Part shown: one piece after another, positions 1 through 9,298 of the stretch
Layout of the letters: every line of letters begins with the position of its first letter
How positions within the stretch are numbered: position 1 is the first letter of the stretch
Origin: a virus
Length of the DNA: 64,000 bases
IMG/VR virus record: IMGVR_UViG_3300025141_016305
Span: 1-64,000 of that record
Strand: one strand, 5' to 3'
Notes under the pieces: generated by a model
The model's input: only the letters and a program-made list of their open reading frames with translations
Database searches by the model: none
Told to the model about the DNA's origin: nothing
Made by a program: the position numbers and the translations under genes

Positions 1-42
1 CTCGCATGCACAACCCTCCTTGTTTATTTATAAGCCAGTTCG

Positions 43-252
43 CTAACTAGCACCTCCTGTGCCGTCAGAGCCACCAGAACCTCCTGTGCCGTCAGAGCCA
101 CCAGAACCTCCTGTGCCACCAGAACCTCCTGTGCCACCAGAACCACCCGTTGAGGTTGAGCCTGGCTTTCCAGATTCGCTGGAAGTGCTAAAGATGCCTG
201 AACATCCCGTCGAACAAAACACTAATAAAATAATTACACTTAATACTTTCAT
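43..252 (-). CDS. Small Gly/Ser/Thr-rich putative lipoprotein
   Basis: Signal peptide ending in a lipobox-like FCSTGC, followed by GGSGGTGG/GGSDGTGG repeats. Confidence 0.7.
   Translation of the reverse strand: MKVLSVIILLVFCSTGCSGIFSTSSESGKPGSTSTGGSGGTGGSGGTGGSGGSDGTGGSGGSDGTGGAS
54..147. repeat. In-frame tandem repeat (27-nt and 18-nt units)
   Basis: cctcctgtgccgtcagagccaccagaa x2, then cctcctgtgccaccagaa x2. Confidence 0.85.
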
Positions 253-269
253 ATTTTTTCCTTTCTTTT

Positions 270-530
270 TTATGCTGCGTCTTCCGTGTAATGAAGAACA
301 TTAACTCTTTTAATAAATTTTTTAAACTTACTTGAAATATAACCTGGCTTGTTAACCAATTCAAACGAATCTTGTGGTAACTCTGCCCACTCTTGATTGC
401 ATAGAAAATAAATAATGTGTTTATTGTTCGTTTCAGAGTGCTTTATATAACACCCCTCTTCTCCTTTGATATTGTAATCAAATAAGTCATAATCAACGAC
501 ACACCTTACTGTTTCGCCCTTAGTAAACAT
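270..530 (-). CDS. Hypothetical protein
   Basis: ORF 270..587; the likely start is MFTKG at 530, directly after the upstream stop. Confidence 0.65.
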   Translation of the reverse strand: MFTKGETVRCVVDYDLFDYNIKGEEGCYIKHSETNNKHIIYFLCNQEWAELPQDSFELVNKPGYISSKFKKFIKRVNVLHYTEDAA

Positions 531-532
531 TT

Positions 533-817
533 TTATCCCCTTGTAATCAAAAGGTTTTCTTTTAAAGAGTCGGAAATAGTTTGACAAATATTCAACACAT
601 CTTCCCGACTATCACAACACCACGGCTTTTCTTGTAATAAATTCCTTATTCTAATGAAAGTTTCTTCATATGTATCTTCTGCATCTTCAAGACTTTTTGT
701 GTCCAAATTGTCCACAGTATATCCATAAGTCGATCTTAACATTTCCGACCCTTTGTAGGAATGTCCATCCTCAGAAAACCAAGAATAGCCCGCACCTTTA
801 CGAATCTTTCCCGACAT
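533..817 (-). CDS. Hypothetical protein
   Basis: 94-aa ORF tightly packed in the minus-strand gene run. Confidence 0.65.
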   Translation of the reverse strand: MSGKIRKGAGYSWFSEDGHSYKGSEMLRSTYGYTVDNLDTKSLEDAEDTYEETFIRIRNLLQEKPWCCDSREDVLNICQTISDSLKENLLITRG

Positions 818-1013
818 TTGGCATTGCCCTTTCTTTTAGCAATAGTTTGTACCACTTGTATTTTCTTATTGTACCCTCATTTAGGCCATTTTGCAAGAAA
901 ATATTATAATAATCTTTACTAAGAACACCCACAACTTTGCCACGAATATTAGTTGGGGATCCAAAAGGATAATCTCTAAGCCAAACAACATCTCCTTTCT
1001 TAAAGTCTTCCAT
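798..1013 (-). CDS. Hypothetical protein (SH3/KOW-like beta-barrel)
   Basis: FKKGDVVWL...GKVVGV pattern. Confidence 0.6.
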   Translation of the reverse strand: MEDFKKGDVVWLRDYPFGSPTNIRGKVVGVLSKDYYNIFLQNGLNEGTIRKYKWYKLLLKERAMPNVGKDS

Positions 1014-1038
1014 ACTTTAATTAGTACAGAACCATTGT

Positions 1039-1161
1039 TTATGGGTTTTTGAGCATTATCTGAATTATAATTGCTGCCGATCCTGCATATAGCAGGACCT
1101 GCAACACGTGTTCTTTCTTTACTTCTGAAAAGATTTCATAGATCGACGGAAAAAGTTCCAT
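1039..1161 (-). CDS. Small single-pass membrane protein (40 aa, below the ORF-track cutoff)
   Basis: Manual translation MELFPSIYEIFSEVKKEHVLQVLLYAGSAAIIIQIMLKNP; it fills the gap between two genes. Confidence 0.5.
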   Translation of the reverse strand: MELFPSIYEIFSEVKKEHVLQVLLYAGSAAIIIQIMLKNP

Positions 1162-1627
1162 TTCCGTGCTTTACTTTCACAGTCCAGCCGGTGGCTGAGC
1201 CTGGAGACTTCTTAAGATTTTCCAAAGTAGTCTTAAACTCCGCTGAAACTGTACATCTACCTCTCTTGTGATCGTACTGCTCTATTTCACACCCAATAAA
1301 CTCATCAAGTTCATGAAAGTTTTCTCGGATTTGTTCTCCGATGAAGTCTTCAAACATATCATCGCCGCGCACGTAATCTTCAAGCATCTCTTGTTCTCGC
1401 AAAAGCTCTAGCGCGTTTTCGTTTCCATATGCAGTAACCACTTGTAACTGTGTGTCAGCTACAAGCTCTGCAACTCGCATGGCAGTGTCGGTATTATTTA
1501 CCGCATCTTCCATAAATTCATCTCTACAGTGCCAGCCTTCATAATCGTCCTCATAAGACAAAGTGACTACTGCCTTTTCATCCTTCACAGGAATGTCATT
1601 TACTAAATCAATAATTGTAACGCTCAT
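1136..1627 (-). CDS. Hypothetical acidic protein
   Basis: 163-aa ORF with an AAAGGAGA SD. Confidence 0.75.
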   Translation of the reverse strand: MSVTIIDLVNDIPVKDEKAVVTLSYEDDYEGWHCRDEFMEDAVNNTDTAMRVAELVADTQLQVVTAYGNENALELLREQEMLEDYVRGDDMFEDFIGEQIRENFHELDEFIGCEIEQYDHKRGRCTVSAEFKTTLENLKKSPGSATGWTVKVKHGNGTFSVDL

Positions 1628-1643
1628 TATTTTCTCCTTTATT

Positions 1644-2588
1644 TTAAGCGGTTCTTCTCTTCATTCTATTAAAGACAGATCGATATTCAATCAGCCCTAA
1701 TTCTTTCTTTTTACATTCTAACATCATATCATATACTTGTCCATAGTTTTTTACAGATTTTTTGACATAATCTGAATGAGCCTGTGGCTTGATTTTTGGA
1801 TCGCCGTGTTCAATAGCTCTCGACTCTGAGAGGTGAACAACTGGTTTGATTCCTTTTGGCCAGGTACTTGCTGCGAGCTTGAGTGCTTCTTCTTCGGTAT
1901 GTCCTCCTGTGCAAAATTTATGGTGATGGTAATCGAATACGATAGGAATGCCAGTGTACTGGTGTATTTTATCATAGATCTCCTTTGTTGACCACATGCT
2001 AGCCTTATCATCGTTTTCCAAAGTGATGCGCTTCATGCAATTTTGACCAATGCGTTGGCTCTTAAAATGGGCACAGAAAACTGCTGCAGTCCCATCTTTA
2101 CAACCATATGTCCCTCCTACATGGATATTAATCTTGTTGTAGGGGGATGGCGCAAAACCCATCAGATCAAATACTTCGCTGTGTTGGCGCAGTTCTTTAA
2201 AAGTTTTCTTAACTACCTCATAGTTCGGAGAGCCCATACAATTAAATGGACCAGGATGAAATGTGAGCCTGTGTCCTTTCTTTGTCGCATAATTGCCAAC
2301 TACCTTTAATTGTTCTTTGATCTCCTCATAATCCGGAAGGTCAGCGAACTCATATTCAGACATCCACGGAAAAAGATCAGAAGATATACGAAAAAACTTG
2401 ATCTTGTGTTTTTGATTCCATTTCAAAATTTCCGCCAAAGATTTGGCGTTTTGGAGCGCAAGCTCAGATGCGTATGGTAAGCCCTTGGATTTAAAGGTCT
2501 TTTTGATCATTGATCTATTGGTCGTGATCCGTTGAGACTTTGGTCGTTCAGACAAAGTCATGTTGATACAAGCGTAGCCAAGCTCCAT
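1644..2588 (-). CDS. uvsE: UV DNA damage endonuclease UvsE/UVDE
   Basis: LGYACIN, FFRISSDLFP, HPGPF, INIHVGG, LENDD, VFDYHHH, HSDY and MLECK motifs. Confidence 0.95.
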   Translation of the reverse strand: MELGYACINMTLSERPKSQRITTNRSMIKKTFKSKGLPYASELALQNAKSLAEILKWNQKHKIKFFRISSDLFPWMSEYEFADLPDYEEIKEQLKVVGNYATKKGHRLTFHPGPFNCMGSPNYEVVKKTFKELRQHSEVFDLMGFAPSPYNKINIHVGGTYGCKDGTAAVFCAHFKSQRIGQNCMKRITLENDDKASMWSTKEIYDKIHQYTGIPIVFDYHHHKFCTGGHTEEEALKLAASTWPKGIKPVVHLSESRAIEHGDPKIKPQAHSDYVKKSVKNYGQVYDMMLECKKKELGLIEYRSVFNRMKRRTA

Positions 2589-2617
2589 GAGTGTTCCTAG
2601 GTTTTTAGTGTGATTAT

Positions 2618-2646
2618 ATAATACTATATTTTGATTCAGATGTCAA
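2618..2646 (-). promoter_or_regulatory. Sigma70-type promoter of uvsE
   Basis: TTGACA-N17-TATTAT on the minus strand. Confidence 0.75.
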
Positions 2647-2651
2647 GTAGT

Positions 2652-3566
2652 TTAAAACCAATCGACACCAAAAATACAGTTCTTAGAATTGTCCCAATGC
2701 TCAAATTTCTGACACTCTGAACGATCATACACCCTAAGAAGCTCAGTTCCAAACGTTGAAGTGCCCTTCTCTAAGGCCGCATTGTATTGAAAATGCCACC
2801 ACTCTGCTCCAGTATATTTTCCACCCCTCAAAAACCAAGACCTAGCCTTAATCGGCTTGAATCCGTGATTTTTAGCTAACTCCGTAAATGAAAAGTAGCG
2901 ACCGGTGACTAGGACTTTTGTACACCTATATGTAAAAGCACTGATCGTCCTTTCTGGTACTTCTTTGTTTCCTGTTCTGCACCATACATTCCATCCCCGC
3001 TGCCCGACGTGTTCAATAGCATACCGCTCCTTGGCGGGGTTTTCCATTCCCGTATCTAAGGCCATGTCAAAAGCTAGACCGACGTAGTGCATCGACTTCG
3101 TGCTTCGCGATTTGGACCGCTTAGAGCTTGTTAGGCGCCTTCTCGCGCCGGCACTACTAATAACCCCCCCGAGAGACACAACCTCCTCTCTAAGGGCGTT
3201 GTAGGCCCTTGCGGCGTCCTCTCTCAAATAGAAGCGGTCATACCCCTCGCTGCCTTCAATCTGATCGGCATCGACCCTAACCCAATCGTATTTACAATCT
3301 GGGGAAGGGCAATCGTCTTCATCTCCTATATCAAACACTAGAACTGAGTGTGCATTTTTCTCCAATGTTTCATTTAAAAGCTTTAATGTTGCTCTTCCGA
3401 CGATGCCATCAGCATATAATTCAACTGATTCTTGAAATTTCTCTACTTGTATTTCAGTGGCGGGGCCGAATGCTCCGTCAGCCATGCCAGGACTAAAACC
3501 GAGTGCGCGTAATGCAGTTTGCAGCTGCACCACATCTTTGCCTTTGGAGCCTAACTTTAAAATCAA
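2652..3566 (-). CDS. Endolysin: PG-binding domain plus M15-family Zn peptidase
   Basis: LKLGSKGKDVVQLQ..DGAFGPATE..FQ..DGIVG (PG_binding_1); SMHYVGLAFD and EWWHFQY (M15). Confidence 0.85.
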   Translation of the reverse strand: MILKLGSKGKDVVQLQTALRALGFSPGMADGAFGPATEIQVEKFQESVELYADGIVGRATLKLLNETLEKNAHSVLVFDIGDEDDCPSPDCKYDWVRVDADQIEGSEGYDRFYLREDAARAYNALREEVVSLGGVISSAGARRRLTSSKRSKSRSTKSMHYVGLAFDMALDTGMENPAKERYAIEHVGQRGWNVWCRTGNKEVPERTISAFTYRCTKVLVTGRYFSFTELAKNHGFKPIKARSWFLRGGKYTGAEWWHFQYNAALEKGTSTFGTELLRVYDRSECQKFEHWDNSKNCIFGVDWF

Positions 3567-3928
3567 AATAAATCCCTCACGTATTTAATCCAAGAATACC
3601 TCTTCCTAGTGTCCAAATAATCCTCAGTATGCTGGTTGTAGTGTGCTTCTCTCTCGAAAGGTATTTCGTAGTATGCGTTACTACCACTCCTATATCTTAT
3701 AAAGGAAACTAGCCAAAAAGTCAAGTACAAAATATAAAAACCAACAAACAATAACTCCAACTGCTGCTGAAAATGGATTGTTTCGTGTCTCTTTAAATTT
3801 GGAGTTAGGTTGACTCTGGAAAAAACAAAAGGTCCCAAGGCGATTGCGGCAATGTTAATCGGCGCAAAATAGCTTAAAATTTTTGGGACCTTGCTATCTT
3901 CTATGAATATGGGCTTCCAAGATTTCAT
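3563..3928 (-). CDS. HExxH zincin-like membrane-associated protein
   Basis: RHETIH..QQ, a hydrophobic segment and PFEREA. Confidence 0.65.
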   Translation of the reverse strand: MKSWKPIFIEDSKVPKILSYFAPINIAAIALGPFVFSRVNLTPNLKRHETIHFQQQLELLFVGFYILYLTFWLVSFIRYRSGSNAYYEIPFEREAHYNQHTEDYLDTRKRYSWIKYVRDLF

Positions 3929-4143
3929 ATTTTATCCTCCGTTACAATTATGGTTCCATGATTATAACTATCTTTCTCATGCCAAAACCATCCGTATTCC
4001 TCAACAATTCTCTTTACAACATCCTTCATGGCAATGGAGTTGCCAGTTATGATTTCGCATGGCAAATCTACAAAGTTTAGAAAACTTCTCGTCGAATCAT
4101 CTACTTTCGAGTGTCTAATGCCGTGGAGGTCTAACTTTTCCAT
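3925..4143 (-). CDS. Stand-alone Smr-domain protein
   Basis: LDLHG and IITG motifs of the Smr/MutS2 C-terminal domain. Confidence 0.7.
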   Translation of the reverse strand: MEKLDLHGIRHSKVDDSTRSFLNFVDLPCEIITGNSIAMKDVVKRIVEEYGWFWHEKDSYNHGTIIVTEDKI

Positions 4144-4411
4144 CTCTCTTTTCTAACTTAAACAACCAATGAGTTGATATGTACCCTAAATTGTCAGTAA
4201 CCTTATACGTAGTTATCGTACTGTCCCTGAAGAAGTTTTCAAATTTTGTACCTGGCTGGATTTGAACTAGTGCCTTTTCTTTTGGGGTTGATTTAACATG
4301 ATCTATATCTTTAAACCCTATGATCAAACCTATCCACTCCTTGCCGTACAGGGCATGCGTCACCAGATCTCCCACTTCTAGATCCTTCAACTTGGATTTT
4401 TTGTGTGACAT
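4115..4411 (-). CDS. Hypothetical protein (SH3-like)
   Basis: LEVGDLVTH..W.GLI pattern. Confidence 0.6.
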   Translation of the reverse strand: MSHKKSKLKDLEVGDLVTHALYGKEWIGLIIGFKDIDHVKSTPKEKALVQIQPGTKFENFFRDSTITTYKVTDNLGYISTHWLFKLEKRDGKVRPPRH

Positions 4412-4541
4412 AATATTGGAACACCCCTAAAGTAATTAAGCAGGTAATCCAAATAACCACCATAATCAGGCGATATTTATGCAACCAATTCATAACAAGA
4501 TGATACAAATTAATAAAATCATTCAATATTCTACTTGGCAT
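4311..4541 (-). CDS. Possible small membrane protein
   Basis: One TM helix; overlaps the downstream gene by about 100 nt, and its start and status are uncertain. Confidence 0.4.
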   Translation of the reverse strand: MPSRILNDFINLYHLVMNWLHKYRLIMVVIWITCLITLGVFQYYVTQKIQVEGSRSGRSGDACPVRQGVDRFDHRV

Positions 4542-5127
4542 AAGTATTCATTTCCGTAATGGCGGAAATATCCCTCAGGCATGCCTGGATCGTGTCGCTC
4601 CGATTTCTTTGTTTGGCGTCATCGATAATCCATTTTAACTTTTCAAAAGATCTCTGACAATTTATATAAAACTGAAATGCCTCTAAGGTTGCAACGAAAG
4701 ACGAATAGACAATAGATCTGGATCTTGAACGGAACTCAGCCAGGCCTAGGCCCTTTATTTCGACGCAAATTGAAACGTCTGTCTTTGCATCGGTTCTTGC
4801 CAAGTTTTTAGCCATAGAAAAGATAGGATTTATTTTTAAATCTGATAATACCATGTTTGATAAGCTGCTATATTTCTTTGAATATTCTTGCAAGCAACCT
4901 TTGAAGAGACAATCCACGAAACCCAACCCAGCTACTTGTTCTAAATTGACTATTTTTATTAATTCTCCATGAGTCTCTTCAAATGAGAAATCAACTTTAG
5001 TAAAATCATCCCGAATCGACTCGTTAACTTCAATGGAAATCGGGGATAATTTGGTTGTAGTCGTTTTGAGAGTTTTAGATAATATTTCTTTTACGCTGGT
5101 TCTTTTGTGTTCCTGTGGCGTCTTCAT
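4531..5127 (-). CDS. Stand-alone LeuA/CimA allosteric (regulatory) domain-like protein
   Basis: G.GFVDCLF...Y..L....L.D.K...TDA.T.V.....S.SIV.SS..A matches the pattern of the LeuA dimerisation domain. Confidence 0.55.
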   Translation of the reverse strand: MKTPQEHKRTSVKEILSKTLKTTTTKLSPISIEVNESIRDDFTKVDFSFEETHGELIKIVNLEQVAGLGFVDCLFKGCLQEYSKKYSSLSNMVLSDLKINPIFSMAKNLARTDAKTDVSICVEIKGLGLAEFRSRSRSIVYSSFVATLEAFQFYINCQRSFEKLKWIIDDAKQRNRSDTIQACLRDISAITEMNTYAK

Positions 5128-7733
5128 TATTCCAGCCTTTGCAGCCCTGTGGAGACCTTAAACATCGATTCTACGTTTGACAGTCTCTTAACATCCTTAA
5201 TAATTCTTGCTTTTACGTCTTCGGGAGCGTTAAACTCACCAGGCACAGAAGGTATAAACTTAATAGCCAAACCTGCGATATACCTTCTTTCTCCAATCTT
5301 CTTATTTCTTATCGCCACGGTAACAATAGTTACATTGGGCAAGGCGCGGAGGTCCGCTAGGATGTCATCAAGACCCCTGGCTTTTTCACTCTCCACCGTG
5401 AGACTATAAGAGATCATACAGTGAAACTTGTATATACCTCTCTGTCTTGATCTTCCTTTTTCCTCTTTTATGTTTAACTCTTCCTTTATAGTATCATAAA
5501 ATTTATCTTTTGTCATTAACTTTTTCCTAAAGAATTTATCTATTTCTTCTTGCAGTTGATTTTTAGCCCACGGCGGGATCTCTCTGGGGTTGTTTAGCCA
5601 TTCTTTAGCCAGTTGGCGAATGTCTCTTAAGATCTGTTCCCTCTCTTCTCCTTTTGCTTGATCAAACTTTGGAGATTTACCTGTTGATCTCACGATCTGC
5701 CCGCGCAACTTTTCCGCAAATACAGGATTAAAATACCCTTTATCGACAAGATACTTCGTAAAGTCCAAACTAAGAAGGCCTTCGTCGGCCGCGGATTTCA
5801 GTTGCCTTGAATAGGATTTTCCTGCGAGGGACCAATAGACACCTTGCGGCCCGATGCGGGACGTCCAAAATGCAATACTTTCGCCAGAAAGTGATTTTAC
5901 ATTTAATAGTTTAATTTTGTCAGGATCACTAACCTTTTTATTTAAAATGAGTGGCATTCTATCATTTTCACTCATCGAGTAGTGACGGCCCTGCTCTATA
6001 TCATCGAGGATCTCTTCAACTAGTTCGCCAGACATGCCCTTTGATGAAGATATAACAGAATTCACTCTGCCGGCGCCGGCTTGGATGAGACTGCTAAAGG
6101 GGCCGGCGGACTGCATTTTATAAATTTTTAAAACTTTATTTTCATCAGGATTGGCACCTTTGACGTATTCGTGCATTGCCTGCCCGTAAGGCTTCGCCAT
6201 GCTATCTAGAGGGATCTTATTAAGAGACAGAAGATTTCCCATAAGTTTTTCACTGATAAGGTGGTCTATTATCTCTTCTTTTATTGACAGTGGGGTCTCT
6301 GGCCCGCGCATAAAAGCGTGCATATAAAAGAATTTTTCATCTTTAAGTGGCTCTTTTTTGATTTCTTCTCCAAGCTCCGCCCAGGCCTGTGTCGCAAGGG
6401 ATTGGGCATCAACACCTTTAACAGGGCTATATGTCTCTGTTCTAATACCCATGACAGAAGCTACCTGGCGACCCAACACTGCAGACTTTAGGTTAGCTTT
6501 TAACAATTGGATCCTATGAGCTTCGGTGAGATTTCGGTTTCTGGATAAGCCATAAATATACTGTTGCTTTTGGGAATGAGACCAGTACTGGTCTGGTATC
6601 TCGTCATTCAGTTTTGCTATGATAAAATTAATAATATCTAGATCATCAGTATCCCTTGCCAGATCAATCCCTTGGGTGAGCTTCAACTGCCCAGTGAAAA
6701 ATAGATTTTTGAGTTCTTCAATGGACAATATATTAAAGTAGTCTGGACTATCTTTGTGGTCAAGCTCAGATGCTTGTAACCACTGCTTTATCATTGGTCT
6801 GTATTTCTCTATAGGTGGATCGTTTTGGCGTCCCTTAATTTGATAAACCTTATTGTTGCTGGCGCCAACATCTATTGTCGCATGCGGCTTGTTACCCGGA
6901 GACCTCAAAGAATATACAATTATCTCTCCTGATGAAACTACATCGCAGTAGCCCCCGACACAGTGACCCATGGCACAACCTTCAATATCCAAGTCGTTTA
7001 TTGCACTTCGGATCTTAAACTCGGGGCGATCATGCTCATCCACATCCTTTGCATCGTAGTACTCCTGGAATTCTTGTAATTCTTCATAATCATGAGCCCA
7101 GCCACACTTTAAGCCTTCTTCCTTTGTATAATCTCTTTCTCCTGCCGTGGGATCAACTTCGACTATAGAATATCCATTACTAAATTTATAAACTACTTTT
7201 TTGCCAACATACTTAAGCTTTCCGGATGTCAGCTCATCTTTACCAACCAAGCCGGCAGCGAGTTGGTGATGCCATTGAGTTGCTAGGTCGTGTACTTGAT
7301 AGAATCCAAGGTTCCATAAATCTTTTGGCAGGTCATTGGCAGCGTTGATATAATCAGATATATACCTTACATCATTGTTGTAAATGCTTAAGTCTTCAAA
7401 TTGAGCGCCGAATCCTGGTGCGTGGGTGCCATCAGTCTCTTCAAAGTAAACTGAGTTGGCTAGCCATTTTGCGAACATCTTACGATTGTTGTTGGGAAAA
7501 TAATTGTCTGGTAGGGACTCTACCCAGGAGACCATTTCGCTAGGAAATACTGGATTAAGTTCTTCTGGGTCGGCCTCCATCTTCTGAAGTCTTACGAAGT
7601 AATCTCTCACCTCTTCGTCGGGATTCTTAGGAACCTCCTTTTTGAGGTGATCAATGTTAATGTTTCTTAGAATTTTGGCATCTTTTTTAGCTTCCGCCAA
7701 AAACTCTCGCCACTTATTATGAAAATTTGTCAT
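5127..7733 (-). CDS. Large PcfJ-domain protein, probably virion-associated
   Basis: L..EG..MGHCVGGY, YSLR, PHATI and QIKG..N; N-terminal KWREFLAE. Confidence 0.7.
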   Translation of the reverse strand: MTNFHNKWREFLAEAKKDAKILRNINIDHLKKEVPKNPDEEVRDYFVRLQKMEADPEELNPVFPSEMVSWVESLPDNYFPNNNRKMFAKWLANSVYFEETDGTHAPGFGAQFEDLSIYNNDVRYISDYINAANDLPKDLWNLGFYQVHDLATQWHHQLAAGLVGKDELTSGKLKYVGKKVVYKFSNGYSIVEVDPTAGERDYTKEEGLKCGWAHDYEELQEFQEYYDAKDVDEHDRPEFKIRSAINDLDIEGCAMGHCVGGYCDVVSSGEIIVYSLRSPGNKPHATIDVGASNNKVYQIKGRQNDPPIEKYRPMIKQWLQASELDHKDSPDYFNILSIEELKNLFFTGQLKLTQGIDLARDTDDLDIINFIIAKLNDEIPDQYWSHSQKQQYIYGLSRNRNLTEAHRIQLLKANLKSAVLGRQVASVMGIRTETYSPVKGVDAQSLATQAWAELGEEIKKEPLKDEKFFYMHAFMRGPETPLSIKEEIIDHLISEKLMGNLLSLNKIPLDSMAKPYGQAMHEYVKGANPDENKVLKIYKMQSAGPFSSLIQAGAGRVNSVISSSKGMSGELVEEILDDIEQGRHYSMSENDRMPLILNKKVSDPDKIKLLNVKSLSGESIAFWTSRIGPQGVYWSLAGKSYSRQLKSAADEGLLSLDFTKYLVDKGYFNPVFAEKLRGQIVRSTGKSPKFDQAKGEEREQILRDIRQLAKEWLNNPREIPPWAKNQLQEEIDKFFRKKLMTKDKFYDTIKEELNIKEEKGRSRQRGIYKFHCMISYSLTVESEKARGLDDILADLRALPNVTIVTVAIRNKKIGERRYIAGLAIKFIPSVPGEFNAPEDVKARIIKDVKRLSNVESMFKVSTGLQRLE

Positions 7734-7780
7734 AAGAATTTAAAGCCTTTTTACTATAAATAGTAAAATATATACAAGAG

Positions 7781-8131
7781 TTAATAGAATATTTGGACAA
7801 AGACTATCAAAAGCGATAAAAACAAACAAATCATAGTTTTTGTGGTGAACATGCTCTCACCTAACATATACCAAGTTAATACTGGAAAGATAATGAAGCC
7901 GGTGCAGGACCCTATAAATCTCGCTGACCATGCCGAGGAGGTTTCCTCTGCCACAAACTTCCAAGCATACCAAAATAGGATAGAAGCCGGGAAGCCGAAC
8001 AACACAGCGGCAAGAACCGGCTTGCTCTTCCAATGATCGCTCATTAATTGACTATTTACCTGAAACCATCCTAAAATTTGACCTGCAAAAAAAAGTAAAA
8101 TTCCCAGATATATTTTCACTAGTGAGTCCAT
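7781..8131 (-). CDS. Small 4-TM DMT/SMR-like membrane protein
   Basis: Four hydrophobic helices and an LGE motif before the last helix. Confidence 0.6.
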   Translation of the reverse strand: MDSLVKIYLGILLFFAGQILGWFQVNSQLMSDHWKSKPVLAAVLFGFPASILFWYAWKFVAEETSSAWSARFIGSCTGFIIFPVLTWYMLGESMFTTKTMICLFLSLLIVFVQIFY

Positions 8132-8460
8132 AAAGGAGACTGGCCAATTTTGATTCTGTAACCCTGCTCTACAACTTTTGAAGTATGCGTAATTATGGTG
8201 AAATCCGTAAAAGGTATTAATACAAACTTTCTTTGAGAATCTAAAGCAATATTAATATATTTGTCTAAACATTGTAATAAAATTCTTGTTGCAGAAGCGT
8301 GCTCTATTAAGTATGTTAAATTTAAGTCCGACTGTTTGTGATTGCCAGTATAGTGATCTCTTAACAATTCGTCTAAACGATGTAGCAGTGGTTCAGTCGA
8401 TGTCTTAATTAACTGTAAAACCTGAACTCTAACTTTTGAATCTTCTTCTTCTTCTTTCAA
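8119..8460 (-). CDS. Hypothetical protein
   Basis: Overlapping, coupled ORF. Confidence 0.55.
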   Translation of the reverse strand: MKEEEEDSKVRVQVLQLIKTSTEPLLHRLDELLRDHYTGNHKQSDLNLTYLIEHASATRILLQCLDKYINIALDSQRKFVLIPFTDFTIITHTSKVVEQGYRIKIGQSPLWTH

Positions 8461-8708
8461 CAGTCTAATATCTCCAATAAATCTTGATATCCTCCCACTT
8501 TTTTAGTTAATCCAGTTTCCAGATCGTTTTCTAAAATTATTGGGACGGTTTGGTGTTCATAAAATAATTTATATTCTTCTAGGATAGTCAAGTGTTCTAC
8601 ATAATCTAAAAAAACATGACTAGTTTGTTTAGCTACACATATATCTGCTGCCATTCTGCAAAACGGACAATTGGACCTGCCGATAACTATGTATCTTTTT
8701 TCAGTCAC
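8457..8708 (-). CDS. Glutaredoxin
   Basis: CPFC, TVP and GGY..L motifs. Confidence 0.9.
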   Translation of the reverse strand: MTEKRYIVIGRSNCPFCRMAADICVAKQTSHVFLDYVEHLTILEEYKLFYEHQTVPIILENDLETGLTKKVGGYQDLLEILDC

Positions 8709-8985
8709 TTAAAATCTTTTTTTTACTTTTTTGTTTACTGATTCCAAAAATATTTTCTACAGACCCATGTGCAATTATTTCGCTAATCTCAGGACCCTCA
8801 TTAAACTTTATTAATGAAAATTTGTCTTCCGAATAGGACAAGTTCTCCCTCAGCAAAAAATCGTTTATACCATCATAGTCGGTTGCAGATAGAATATTCA
8901 TCTTATTTAAATAAACATCTTTTAATTCAATTTTTCTATTATAACCATCGCTAGTTATTAGCAATTTTCTTATTTTTATTAACAC
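8701..8985 (-). CDS. Hypothetical protein
   Basis: 94-aa ORF with a GAGG SD. Confidence 0.6.
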   Translation of the reverse strand: MLIKIRKLLITSDGYNRKIELKDVYLNKMNILSATDYDGINDFLLRENLSYSEDKFSLIKFNEGPEISEIIAHGSVENIFGISKQKSKKKILSD

Positions 8986-8991
8986 ATTTCC

Positions 8992-9261
8992 TCACACATC
9001 AATCGATTTTAACACAACTGCGCCGATAAGGCCAATAACTGTCGTAAATAACGTCCAAATCATTCTGGAAGATGTATGCTTCCAGGATTCTAATTCTCTC
9101 AGGCGAGCATAAAGACCTTGGTCGGGGTTATAGACGGCTTCTTTGATTTTAGCGATATCCTCGCCCATCTCTTCTTGCTTGTCCTGCATCACCTCGATGC
9201 CGTTGCAGACTCTATCTAACTTGCTCTGTACCTCGAAAAAGTTCTCACTATTGTCGGACAT
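8992..9261 (-). CDS. Coiled-coil protein with C-terminal TM helix (XhlA/holin-like architecture)
   Basis: Start MSDNSEN with a GGAGG SD; coiled coil followed by W...MIWTLFTTVIGLIGAVV. Confidence 0.55.
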   Translation of the reverse strand: MSDNSENFFEVQSKLDRVCNGIEVMQDKQEEMGEDIAKIKEAVYNPDQGLYARLRELESWKHTSSRMIWTLFTTVIGLIGAVVLKSIDV

Positions 9262-9298
9262 GGCTGGACCCTCCGTACTAGTACTAGTAAATAGTGAC

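Noticed and set aside
54-147. Repeat as a possible CRISPR array
   Set aside because: The units are contiguous, have no spacers, and encode Gly-rich protein in frame
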